Shown here one piece after another: positions 35,437 through 47,333 of a stretch of 64,000 bases of DNA (its first letter is position 1; the number at the start of each line of letters is the position of its first letter). The position numbers were made by a program, and so were the translations under genes. The notes below the pieces were generated by a model, which saw only the letters and a list, made by a program, of their open reading frames with translations, ran no database searches and had not been told where the DNA came from. Origin of the DNA: Lepidodermella squamata (Eukaryota; Animalia; Gastrotricha); contig JBLDXI010000032.1 in assembly GCA_047495785.1 (NCBI GenBank), positions 3,286,001-3,350,000 on the forward strand, written 5' to 3'.

Positions 35437-37085
35437 GAGTTGCGTTTTTTATGGTGTCCGAGAAGCGATTGTTCAACGCTGTGATCAATATTTCGGACAC
35501 CTCCGCAACACAGAACTAACAATCAAGTATTTAGACTGGAGCTGTCCGAGCTCGAGAGGCAAACAGTTAAGACTAATCACGCCCCGACTTGATTAGATTA
35601 AGCCTTGACAAATCGAGACATGGTTGTAATTAATTTACGACATATCGCCATCTGACCCTCGTTAACTTATGACGACGTGCCATACCATAGAGATGATAGA
35701 GTGCTCACTCGCAGCTAAGAGGGTGGAACGCTATGGGCACCAGATGGCAGGGGATTAACTCATTGTCCTGGGGGAAAAAACTGAACTAATTACAATTCGA
35801 TCGATTGCACTTATTGCTCGATTTCTCGCTTCGATTGCTGGGGCCGAAGCCGAGCGTCGAGTCATTTATTCTTTGAAAGACGACGGATTTTTTTATACCA
35901 AATTTGGTCCAGAAATCTTTTCAGAACTGGTTGAAAGGTGGCCGAGAAGTAAAATTGAGAAAATCGCATTTCTCTTTCCAGGTACTTAACACCTGAAAAC
36001 AAGGCGAAATTGAAGGATGTTTTGAAGCCATTTTGTTCGCCAGGTCGAGACGATCATTTCGACACCTGATTTAGATCTGGGGACGCCATATTTCGATCGC
36101 TACAAATTTTCGAAATCAAAATACCTTAAAAATCTATTTATTTGCGTGAACGACGCTGACACGACGATGATTCATCGCCATAAAATCTCTCAAATCCAAA
36201 ATTTGGCGCAAAATAGCTCTTTCTGAAAATATTACGCAACAATGCTTTTAAGCTTCAATTTTTTTAAATAAATGGCAAATAAATAGATTTTGAAGGTATT
36301 TTAATTTCAAAAATTTGTAGCGATCAAAATAAGGCATCCCCAGATCTAAATCAGGTGTCGAAATGATCGTCTCGACCTGGCGAACAAAATGGCTTCAAAA
36401 CATCCTTCAATTTTACCTTAGTCTCAGGTGTGGACCGCTCCAAACGGTCCGGGTCCAAAGTGGACGTTGACTTCTCGGTCGCTTTTTGATCACTTCTAAA
36501 AAAGCTACCTGGGCAAATTTGGTACCAAAAAATCCGCCGTCTTTCAAAGAATAAATGACTCGACGCTCGGCTTCGGCCCCAGCAATCGAAGCGAGAAATC
36601 GAGCAATAAGTGCAATCGATCGAATTGTAATTAGTTCAGTTTTTTCCCCCAGGACAATGAGTTAATCCCCTGCCATCTGGTGCCCATAGCGTTCCACCCT
36701 CTTAGCTGCGAGTGAGCACTCTATCATCTCTATGTGCCATACGGTCAATTTGTAGCCAAACCTCGTGGGGAAGCCTTTTTTATTTCGTTGGCAATATCCG
36801 CCAAAAATCGAGGGAAATATTGAAATTTGAAATTTTTTGAAATTTACCGAAAATTCTCAATTTTAACTGTCAACTGGCGATTATTTTGAATCCAAATTTG
36901 TCAAATAACTCGGAGTTCAGTATTTCTGAATTTAAAGTTTAACGATTGCTTTGAAAAGCATAAGCTAAGTTATGTGTGTCATCTGGTGTTAATTGATATA
37001 ATTAGCCGGCGGACACCATAAAAAACGAGTGTCCTCTGTTACATTGATGACCATAAAAAATCAAACACCATAAAAAACGCAACTC
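35437..37085. mobile_element. Non-autonomous DNA-transposon-like element with 21-bp GAG...CTC terminal inverted repeats, hosting the P-like foldback
   Basis: gagttgcgttttttatggtgt (35437) pairs with acaccataaaaaacgcaactc (ending 37085). No clear TSD. Confidence 0.55.
35686..36734. mobile_element. P-superfamily (Galileo/foldback-like) non-autonomous element
   Basis: CATAGAGATGATAGAG...CTCTATCATCTCTATG termini. Exact 8-bp TSD tgccatac (35678-35685 and 36735-36742). About 197-bp perfect arms, with imperfect pairing continuing to ~36145/36275. Confidence 0.85.
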
Positions 37086-37209
37086 AGCATAGACATCGAT
37101 GTCTATGCTGAGTTGCGTTTTTTATGGTGTTTGATTTATGTCTATGCTGAGTTGCGTTTTTTATGGTGTTTGATTTTTTATGGTCATCAATGTAACAGAT
37201 CGGACACTC
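37027..37209. repeat. Spacerless palindrome with an internal 39-bp tandem duplication
   Basis: Centre agacatc|gatgtct at 37097/37098 with 40-bp perfect arms; pairing resumes after the duplicated 39-mer. Confidence 0.8.
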
Positions 37210-37565
37210 ACGCACTGCCTGTTTACGTTAAACCATAAATTTGCACACTAAATTGAATGCATTGATTTAAAAGGTGAAAATAGTCGTAGGCCTCGGAATT
37301 TTTTGAAACTTGGACCTAAAAATTCCTCATCTTTCAAGGATGCTAGTGATGCAAACTTCGGGGTGCGGTTCCTTCCCTATGATTTTTAAATTAGGAAAAA
37401 AGATTGTAGCGATTTTTGTCAGTTGTTAAGTCTATTTTCAAGTTTTTTTTTTAGCGCCACTCAAAATTTGATTGTTACGAAAAACGAACATCTGTGGCAT
37501 ACTTCATTTTTATTGCTATTTTTCAGCTTTTGAATTTAAGTTGATCGAAAAATAGTAGATAGATA

Positions 37566-39059
37566 CCGTAACGGGTCCTAACTTTGGACAAAACACCTTT
37601 TTTAATTTTAAAAAATTCGGATTTCGTCTAAAAAAATGGAAAAAATAGCCACACCTCCGCCCAAGGAATCTGCGTGGACAGGTGAAGTTTGGAAAATTTA
37701 GAAGCTCACCTTGATTTTAAAAAAATAGGTAAAGAAACCTCTAAATTTGGACACTCGTTCCCAAATTTGGACACCTCATTTGCATATGCTAATTCGACCT
37801 TACACACATTTTATTCCTTGTAGCGCAATTTTTCTCGTGTTTTTAAAGGCGACTTTTGTAGCCGCTTGAGACTAAAATAATGCTACCGATAGGATTCACT
37901 CATCGTCAGATTTAATGCAGATGTACGCATTAACAATTATACACCAGGCTCTTAATACCGTTAATGAACCATGAATCTTCTCAAAACTATGATAAACCAG
38001 GTGAAAATGTCTCTGAAGCACCGAGTCTCATTTAGAAAGTAGACGGAGGGATATCAGTTTGAGGTTAAACCATGGGTTGAAGTTTGAATGAGTCGTGGAG
38101 TTTCTTTATCGCTGAACTATTGATATTTTTTACCGAAAGTGAACTGTCATTTGTCCCATGGTACCTGCTGTTCACCTGTTTAATTAAAGCTTGGGCGCCG
38201 TCGGATTTGTATTCGGATACATTATTAATCTCTATGCTCTCTAGCCAAAATCATGAAAGCATATGAAGTGTTGGTTTATTAGGTAAATTAGAAAAACAAT
38301 TCCTCAGCCCGCAGGCTAAATAGGAGATTACCGGGCTGTTAGTGGCCCCTCAGTGTTAGCAAATTGAATATACACAGCTACGGCTCCGCGTATTAAGCGA
38401 GGTCGACAGAATGACAAATAACTATAAATATACAGTGTTCATTATAATGTTAATACGGGAATACTTCCAAGCCAACGCCTCGGGCCACCGCTTTGCGCGT
38501 GCCGCCACCCGAGGCCCAACCGCTGCCTGCATCGACGAAAATCTACAGATAGTCCATCAGCCACCAAAAGGAACCATAGCCTAGGCCGGGAGTCATTAAG
38601 CTACTTCCAAGGTTCCATCAATGCGTTGCCATTCTTTTCAAAAACTGACAAAAAGCATACATTTCGTTTGCATATGCATAGAGATAAAAATATCATTAAA
38701 AGTGTCCAAATTTAGAGGCTAAATTCAAAGTCACCTGTATTAAAATTGGCTTGTCCTTCTGCCGAGATTTTTTTACAGAATTTAGTTTAGGTAAATCCCT
38801 ATGTCCAAAACAAATTTCAGCCCCAACCGTTCACAGGTGAGCATTTGGCAAGGGGGGTCCCAAAACACCTTTCTGAGTGATCGAGCTTCGGCAATTTTTC
38901 GCTAATCGATAGTACGTGAAAGTAGTGGCAAATTTGGTACCGTTGGAAAGCCCATGAAGGGAGCTATTTTTCAGTGACATTTTAAAATTTTTATCAGCTA
39001 AGCACAAATTGATATTTGGGTCTAAAGCTCAAAGTGTCCAAATTTAGGGCGCGTTACGG
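37566..39059. mobile_element. pogo/Tigger-like (Tc1/mariner superfamily) non-autonomous element
   Basis: ta|CCGTAACGGGTCCTAACTTTGGACA ... TGTCCAAATTTAGGGCGCGTTACGG|ta; internal repeats of the aaatttggacac motif. Confidence 0.75.
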
Positions 39060-39100
39060 TATCAAAATAGAAAAAAATTGAAGCGTTTTTCATTTTTCAT

Positions 39101-39720
39101 TCACATGTTTTGGTTTTGAGCCGCTTTACGGCTTTTCGTCGGTTGCTTCATAGCCACCTGCCGCATTTTGAGCTCATGGCGAAGGAAAGTTCCAGCCGCA
39201 ACAGCGACAATCGATTTGAAGAGTTGATAAGAGTGTGGCGCAGCACCGGCGTCGAATTCTTGGCATAGGCCGTCAAGAAGCACCGGCCTGGCACAAGCCG
39301 CGTAAAAAAGCGTTCTTTGCACGGCAACGATGGGTAGTGAAGTCCTTAGGTAATAGTCCAGATTTTCACGTATGATCGACCGGACGGATTTCACGATTCG
39401 ATATACCGTCAATGACGGGCGAGTGAGACTGAAATCGTACAACCTTTAGATAACGAATTCCAAGCAAAATGTTTATTACCATAATTTTCCGTCTTGTTTT
39501 CGAAAACTGAAGCCCTTTATCACACGGCATGGAGTCAGAAGGAAATCGCGTGTCAGGGAATCGATAAAGCCGGGGCATTTCAGCTTGTCAGTTAGAAGTT
39601 TTTTGACGCAAAATCCACCAATGTTGGCAATAATTTCTTCCCCAATTAGGGGGAGCGTTGCTTCGTACTCCATTCCTCTTTGCAGTAACTCGTCTTCAGC
39701 TTCAATTTCGGCCCATTCAG
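39101..39720 (-). mobile_element. P-element/THAP9-like transposase C-terminal remnant (frameshifted)
   Basis: IANIGGFCVKKLL..KC, LTRPSLTVYRIV, HSYQLFKSIV..FLRHELK..RK resemble the C-terminal YIAG.VVRKL / L..PS / H..L...I....RL.H motifs of P/THAP9 transposases. Confidence 0.65.
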
Positions 39721-39759
39721 TTAAATCATGAAGCTGATTTGTTTACCAATTGTTTACCC

Positions 39760-40076
39760 TTGTCAGTACAGCATGAACATGTCTCAAAAAATCGCTTCAA
39801 GTAAAATTGGAGTTAAGTTCTTAGTACCTTTCTTATATAGGACTACAGACGAGACGCATATCAGCTCTTTAAGAGCTGTAGTTGTGGCAAACGGGTTCGG
39901 TTAGTTCGGTTTTACAACCTAATTGATCATTCCAAAAGTATCAGATATCCGCCTGAGAATAATCCATTGAGATTTGCTGAGTGCATGCCTTGCAGAAAGT
40001 GGCATTTTTCGTGCCCGTATGATCCGTGAAACAGGTTAATAAGAGATGAGATATTTTCAAGATGAGGTAGAGCCAT
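39760..40076 (-). pseudogene. Three-finger type A gene, truncated and decayed copy
   Basis: MALPHL start at 40076, TCFTDHTGTKNATFCKACTQQ; internal deletions; cut off next to the transposase remnant. Confidence 0.75.
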
Positions 40077-40247
40077 AGTCGTTCGCAGCGAAAGAAATTC
40101 TTATAGCAGGAGCCAAAAACTGAGTGCATTTTCTTGAAAACGTTTTAGCAGCTGTCGAGTCTTTTGCTTGCAAAAAATTGACCAAACGTAAATTTATCGC
40201 AAGAAGAAATCATCGAAAACTTGACAAAAAATTAAAAAAGCTATGCT

Positions 40248-41205
40248 TCAGTTGGTGAAGGTGGTCATGGTTAGAATGATAAAAGTAAGACTGAAGGTCA
40301 TTTCTTCAAAACTTTCTAGCGAAGAAGCATCCCCTTTAACAGATGCAACAGTTGTTGTTGATGGCGCTGCTGTTGTCTTGGCCGCGGTCTTCATTGAAGC
40401 TAGCTTAGGGCAAAAGCCACTAGCGGCGTTGCAGTTATCGGCACAGCATTGACATCCCTTAAAATAATTAACAAAATTACATTTTTATATATAAGAGATA
40501 TCTAACTCTTGAGGCGATTTTGGAGCCTGAATAGGTTGTTGCCGAGCCGTTCCTACAACGAGGCCAAGGTTTTGTGGGATCGACAGGGAACGTGCATATG
40601 TAGGAGACTGCACCGTCACTAGCCCTGATTTCTTTCTACAATTACATAAATATAAAATTATTCATCGACTCGGTAGATTTGAAGACTTACCACACATGAC
40701 GAGCAGTTTGTTAGGTTCAGGATCGATTTCCCAGGCGAGAAAACGTTGTCTTTGCAGGTAACAAATTTGAACGCCCGTTCATTGTCTCGAACTAAAGACA
40801 TGAAAATAGGATCGTCCTTTGCCAAGCAGCTATTCAATTTGTTGCATTTGTCACTGCAGCATGTACATTTCTACGTAAACAAATTCAAGAGGGAGTGTGC
40901 AATCAAACCACTACTGATCACACCTTCGTGAAGTAAACACCGTTAACGTCCCCGCTAACACTGCTTGCATTTTTGCATGCCGTTTCGGTCGAACTAGTGA
41001 CACACTCGTAAGATGAAGTCCAATAATAATTGCCATTTTCTATTGAATAATCCTTGCTCATCAATGCTGTACACGCCAAGCATCCAGTTACTGTAGTTGC
41101 AGCTTTACTCCCTGTGAGGCAAGATATCGCTAGTGAAGATGGGGCGCAGAAAATTCCCAGAAGGAAAATGTGAGTAACAGCAACGTTAATAGTAGATCTC
41201 AGCAT
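40248..41205 (-). CDS. Two-domain three-finger protein, type B copy 2, GPI-type tail retained
   Basis: Four exons, two CCxxxCN ends, Thr-rich stalk, tail ...SFEEMTFSLTFIILTMTTFTN*. Confidence 0.8.
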
Positions 41206-41264
41206 TTGTACTTTCTATCAAGGATATCTAAAAATGGATAATTTCTTGAATCAGAACTAAGCAT

Positions 41265-43275
41265 ATGCCTAGATGTTGCGTACACCCGAATGCAAAACGA
41301 ATGCAGAATGAAAATAATGAATATAAAAAGTCGCTACGGAACCAGAAAAACGGCGGCGCTCAATTATTACAACCGATAAAGAATAAAGACGGTGAACTAG
41401 TCACTGATTTAGACAACATTCTCGATGCGATGAAGGAATACTTTTCGGAGCTCCTCGAGGGCTGCGAGATCGACGACTTCATTGCAGAATGTGACGCAAA
41501 TATTGGCAGCGACGAACCCCCTCCGCCTGATTCGGACGGTATTAGTATTCAAGAAATCAAATCAGCCTTAAATCATATGAAAAATGGCAAGGCCGCCGGC
41601 ATCGATGAGGTGACCCCAGAGATGCTGAAAGCCTTGGATGACGCCGGTATTGAATGGCTCGCGCAAATTCTAAATCAGGCTTGGTCGACCAAGACCATCC
41701 CTGAGGAGTGGTCGACGGCGATCATAGCACCATTATATAAGAATAAGGGCGAAAAATCAGATTGCAAAAATTATCGCGGCATCAGTTTACTGAGCGTTGT
41801 TGGAAAATTATACGCGATCATCCTGGAACGCAAATTGCGAAGTTTAATTGGCGCTAAAATTTCCAAACGTCAATTTGGCTTTCAACCGAGGAAAGGCTGT
41901 TGGGATTGCATTTTTGTGCTTCGAAGACTTATTGAAAAAGTTATTTGCTGCGGCGGTAAGGAAATGCATTTGGTTTTCATTGACCTGGAGAAGGCCTACG
42001 ATCTGATCGATCGCGAGAAGGTCTGGGCCGCGCTCGAGGAACTAGGTGTCGATGCTAACCTTATTGCGGCTGTTAAAAGCTTTTATAAATGTAACAAAGT
42101 AGCAGTCAAAATAAACAATCAACTCTCAGACTTCTTTGTGGTGAAGAGGGGCTTACGGCAAGGCTGTCCCTTGTCTCCGCTACTCTTCATCGCAACGTTC
42201 GATAAAATCTGCCGAAAATTGATGGACACCCCAGGTGGCTTCCCTATTAATACTGAACAATTTTTGAACCTGATTGCTTTCGCGGATGATGGAACTTTAA
42301 TAGGTATGAGTCATGAAGAAATTAAATTATTATTGGATGTTTTCAATAAGGCATGTACGGAGCTAGGCTTGAAAATCAGCATTAGTAAAACACAATACAT
42401 GGTGATCGGTGAGGATAGAAACTACCAACTTGAATTAGACGGCAAACTTTTGGAAAAAGTGACGTCTTTCAAATATTTAGGAAGCATCATCACTTCTGAC
42501 GGGAAAATGGACGAGGAGATCAAGGCACGCATAGCGAAAGCTGGCGGCTGCTTTGGCGCCCTCAATAAACTTATGTGTAATAGAAAACACGTGAGCTTAG
42601 CTACGAAATTGAAAGTCCTTAAATGCGTTGTTATTCCTACCGTCACCTATGCCTGCGAAACCTGGAACCTGACCACCCAACAAGAGCAAAGGTTAATTGT
42701 CACCTTTATGCGATGGCTTAGAACAATTATGGGTCTGTTTAGGACAGATTATATTCCTAATGTTGATATTAGACTGATCTGCGACGTAATGGAATTGAGT
42801 AAATTGATTGAAAAATTTCGTCTGAAATATTTTGGCCATATAATTCGACAGGACGAATATGACCCTGAAAGTCTCACGAGTATTATGTATTATTGGAAAG
42901 CAGTCGACCCGAGTTGGTACTTGCCTCGCGGCAGGCCGCCAACCCGATGGTCTGACTGCCTCCGAAGAAGCCTTCTAAAAATTGGAATTTTTTATATACA
43001 TGAAAAACGTATCAGGGATCCTAATGAACCTAAAAAACGAGGGTGACCCCGTAAATCAACCTTATTGATGCGACGCATCGAAATTCACAAAATTGCGGAT
43101 TTAGAATTGGCGGAAGTAACAGCTAGAGACCGAGAAGAATGGAAGCTACTATGTAACAGTATAGAAAATTATGAATTCATGGGAAAAAGCAGATTTGTTC
43201 GCGACTGTTCCTGAAGCTGATCTCTCGTCGTCAGCCGTCCCCTAAACCCTCACGGGTAAGGCTTGTATATATATT
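41265..43275 (+). mobile_element. 5'-truncated non-LTR retrotransposon (RTE-like LINE) reverse transcriptase
   Basis: KAAGIDE, NYRGISLL, QFGF, FIDLEKAYD, GLRQGCPLSPLLF, AFADD, FKYLGS, YACETW, GRP..RW.D. TGA at 43044 interrupts a frame that continues to 43214 (ARDREEW). (TA)n-like 3' tail near 43266-43275. Confidence 0.92.
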
Positions 43276-43431
43276 ACCATCACTTTTAGCCGAAGGTGGA
43301 CGTAAAATAAAACATTTTCATTTGTTCATTTCATTTGTTCATTAAAAAGTCGCAAGTCATGACTCGCGTCGAGTGTCGAGTGTCGATCTAAATTAACGCA
43401 GTAAGGTCCTTCTAAAGCAGCGGTTCGCAAA

Positions 43432-43515
43432 GTGGCGCACCCGTGCGCATTGGCGCACCCGTGCGCATTGGCGCATTTCGAAAGATAAAATTCGTACGCA
43501 TGCGCATTGGCGCAC
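43432..43515. repeat. Short tandem repeat of tgcgcattggcgca(ccc)
   Basis: Three to four copies of gtgcgcattggcgca visible. Confidence 0.7.
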
Positions 43516-43583
43516 GCGAGGCTATTGAGCCAACTCCCTCTGGCCAGCAATTCCACCACTTTGATAGACGTATTACTTATAGG

Positions 43584-44003
43584 CAGAGCTTTGGATTGGA
43601 TTTGATTGACAGCTTAAATCACGAGCCTCATTCAATCAATCAAAATCAGTCATTGTCCCTAATTTCCAGGACTAAATCAATCATAAAATCAATCAAATCA
43701 AATCATTGACACCTATAAATCACAATAAATCGCGAAACATCTCGATTTTCATTAAGCTTGATGCTTTGAAATGTTGAGAAATTGAGAAAATACCTCGAAT
43801 ACGAAACCACTGTCCCCTATGGAAGCAAATTTTCATGGAAAAAGAGGAGAGTTCTTAGTTTCGTGGTATCACAATTTTCAATTGCATCCCCAAGGGAAAT
43901 CAAAATCAATCAAATCAAAAGGCTTCCCACCATAAATCAATCATTCCAAATCTAAATGAGTGAAAAAGGGCCCAAATCAAATCAAATCACATCAAAAGCA
44001 CTG
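43584..44003. mobile_element. hAT-like MITE
   Basis: CAGAGCTTT...AAAGCACTG termini; near-exact 8-bp TSD cttatagg/attatagg; subterminal AAATC repeats. Confidence 0.7.
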
Positions 44004-44364
44004 ATTATAGGTTGAGAGACACCAGTTTTTTGTCATTTTTAGCTTTTTAAGAATGCCAATAATAAAAATTTGGGTGATTACGCTCTCATAGATGCACTAT
44101 CACAATTCCCCGTAGTCAAACTCATATTCAGCTCCAATGAGGGCCCTTTCTATACGGCACTTCTCATTCGAAGACCGATTGCATGTCGAAGACGCCAAAT
44201 CAGCGGAATCAGCACTTAAAGATTGACGTGGTTGCAACCTTCAAAAGGCTTTAGCTATACCGTAAGCTGGTCTGATTTCGGACGGGGTAACTTCAGACAC
44301 TTTTGACTTTGAAATTAAATTCCTCCACAACCTGGGCGAATATAGAGTCCGTTCAAAATGCAAA

Positions 44365-44622
44365 GGCATCGGCCCTCACAGAGCTGTAGTTGCGGCAAAC
44401 TGGTTCGGTTAGTTCGGTTTCACAACCGAATTGATCATTCCAAAAGTAAGTTCCAGCCGCCTGAGAATAATCCAGGAAGATTTGCTGAGTACGCGCCTTG
44501 CAACAACTGGCATTTTTCGTGCCCGTATGATCTGTGAAACAGGTCAGGCTTGCCGATAAATCGAAGTAACAGCAGAGTAAGATAAGCGATGAAATTTTTT
44601 TTCCAATATGAGTTAGAGCCAT
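44365..44622 (-). pseudogene. Three-finger type A gene, exon 1 only (3'-truncated)
   Basis: MALTHIGK...LTCFTDHTGTKNASCCKAR (conserved Cys changed to Arg); sequence switches to a pogo-like element end (taccgtaa at ~44257). Confidence 0.75.
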
Positions 44623-44731
44623 AGTCGTTCGCAGCGTGTTTGCAAAATAAAGCGTGACAAAACGTAAAAATGCTTCAGTTTATTGCAAGAAAAAATCATC
44701 GAAAAAGTAACAAGAAATTAAGGAAGCTGCT

Positions 44732-45692
44732 TCAGTTGGTGAAGGTGGTCATGGTTAGAATGATAAAAGTAAGACTGAAGGTCATTTTTTCAAAACTTTC
44801 CAGCGAAGAAGCAACCCCTTTAACAGAAGCAACAGTTGTTGTTGTTGGTGCTGCTGTTGTCTTGGCCGCGGTCTCCATTGCAGCTAGCTCAGGGCAAAAA
44901 CCTGTAGCGGCGTTGCAGTTTTCGGCACAGCATTGACATCCCTTAAAATAATTTGCAAATTTATATTTTTTTTACATAATATCAGAGATAACTAACTTTT
45001 GAGGCTATTTTGGAGGCTGTATAGGTTGTTGCCGAGCCGTTCCTACAACGAGGCCAAGGTTTCGTGGGATCGTCTGGGAACGCGCAAATATAGGAGACTG
45101 CACCGTCACTAGCCCTGATTTCTTTCTACAATTAAATACAAAAATGTTCATCGACTCGGTAGATTTGAAGACCTGCCCCACATGACGAGCAGTTTGTTAG
45201 GGTCAGCATCGATTTCCCCGGCGAGAAAACGTTGTCTTTGCAGGCAACGAATTTGAACGCCCGTTCATTGTCCCGAACTAAAGACATGAAAATAGGATCG
45301 TCCTCTGCCGAGCAGCTATTCAATTTGTTGCAGTTGTCACTGCAACATTTACATTTCTACGTAAAAAAAATTCAAGATGGAATATGTAATCATATCACGA
45401 TTGATCACACCTTCGTGAAGTAAGCACCGTTAACGTCCCCGCTGACACTGCTTGCATTTTTGCATGCCGTTTCGGTCGAACTAGTGACACACTCGTAAGA
45501 TGAAGTCCAATAATAATTGCCATTATCGCTTGAATACTCCTTGCTCATCAATGCTGTACAAGCCAAGCATCCAGTTGCTGTTGTAGCAGCATTACTCCCT
45601 GTGAGACAAGATATCGCGAGTGAAGATGGGGCGCAGAAAATTCCCAGAAGGAAAATGTGAGAAGCGGCCACTTTAGTAGCAGAGCTCAGCAT
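44732..45692 (-). CDS. Two-domain three-finger protein, type B copy 3, GPI-type tail retained
   Basis: Four exons, GC-AG second intron, tail ...VKGVASSLESFEKMTFSLTFIILTMTTFTN*. Confidence 0.8.
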
Positions 45693-47333
45693 TTGTATTT
45701 ATCAAGGCTAATTTCTAGAATTACAACTTGTTTATCGATCTGATTAATCAATTTCAGGTTTCAAACGAAAGACGAACACATTTTGCTGAATGTATTATAG
45801 AGAAATCCAATAAGTAAAAAGTGTTTGTGTGAATAACGGCTCTTTAGTAGGTACTGCATAGAAGGCCTGTTTTTTTACGCTCAAGGGACATGTGACACGT
45901 AAAAAAAAGGTTTTTTGTTAATTTTTGTTTCAGCCCTTTGCACATTGTGCAATGTTGAAATTTCGTATTTCGTCCGTGGATGAATAGCACCTTGTACTAT
46001 CAGAAAAGTTGCGATTTGTTGATTCTACCTTCATTACGAGAATTAACTCTACCACAGATTTACAACGCAAATTTTCTCAAAGAAAATGGAAAAAATTTCT
46101 TAGACATTTTCTTCAGCTATTTTCTTTAGCTAGAACTTCTATTTTTCTAAATTCGAAAATTGTTTCGAAAGTTATTTGATCAGTTTAGGGCTCTGATACG
46201 CTGAACAATTTCAAGTATATTTCAGAGTAAATAGCCACGGAAATGCACCGCAAAATTAAAACGAAGCAAGAATAATATCAATTAAAAGGAGGCTGATTAA
46301 ATTGGCAATGCGATGATTGAAGGAAAATGTGAGGAAGAGCAACTTTAATAGTCGATATCAGAATTTTTATTTATCAAGGCTAATAAACAGCGATAATTTC
46401 TAGAATTACAACTTATATTTCTTAGCGATCTTATTCGTATAAAACATGATTATGATCAAAGACGAACACATTTTGCTGCATGTAATATATAATAGCGAAA
46501 TCCTATGAGTGTATATTTGTTTAAAAAACGGCGCTTCAGCATGTAGGTATGACTACAGGCATCTCGTAAAAAATTACTGCGTAGTGAACATGTGAGCCAT
46601 GCTTCTTTACGCTCAAGGGACACGTAAAAATGTTTTTTTTTGTTATTTTTTGTGCAAGGTTGACATTTATTTTTGGGTCCGTGGAAGAAAAAAGGATTAT
46701 TCTGTAGCTAGCCATAGAATAATGCTATTCATACATGCGCACTATCTGGGGCCACTTTTCGGGGTGTTAAAGCAGCATCGCACCCTGTGAAAATGGAAAA
46801 TTAGACAAATTAGTCGCCGCGGCCTTTATAAACATTAAATACGGACTTCGCGCAATATTTTGCCACCCGGCCGCGGCTGATGGCAGACTTCGATCCGAAT
46901 AATTGGTAGCATGTTGACTTGAATTAAAATAGAGCATTTTATGATCATTAGAATCATTGTGAGAACGCGCCGCTGGTTCTGACCAGGCAGGCCGGTGATC
47001 GGGAACACGGTTTCGACCCGCGACAGCAGTGGGGTGTTGGCGGCACCGTCTCGAACGGGTAGCGGCAGTCGGCGATGTCGAACGATTTGACAGGGCCGGC
47101 GTGCTTGCCACCGAGCAGATAGAACTTGCGGCTTGACCAAGTTTTTCTCGGCGAGCACAGGGCTTACAGGGGCTTGAGGGCACGTGAAGGTTGTTTTTTA
47201 TTTTTTACAGAAGACTAACTATGCTGCCAAGCGAACACGTTTAATATTGAAATGATCATAACGATGCCTAATACAAAGGGAAACTATGTTGACCGCTGTT
47301 TTCTGAGAAAAATTGCTTTTCGAAACAATTAAA

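Noticed and set aside
37010-37210. CRISPR array
   Set aside because: The repeats are inverted or tandem with no unique regularly sized spacers, there are no cas genes, and the context is eukaryotic.
43044-43046. Programmed readthrough or selenocysteine at the LINE TGA
   Set aside because: The second copy has Arg at this position; a simple nonsense mutation is sufficient.
46767-47183. GC-rich 138-aa and 107-aa ORFs
   Set aside because: No recognisable protein features; they lie in a probable repeat bounded by CCCTGTG...CACAGGG that could not be classified.
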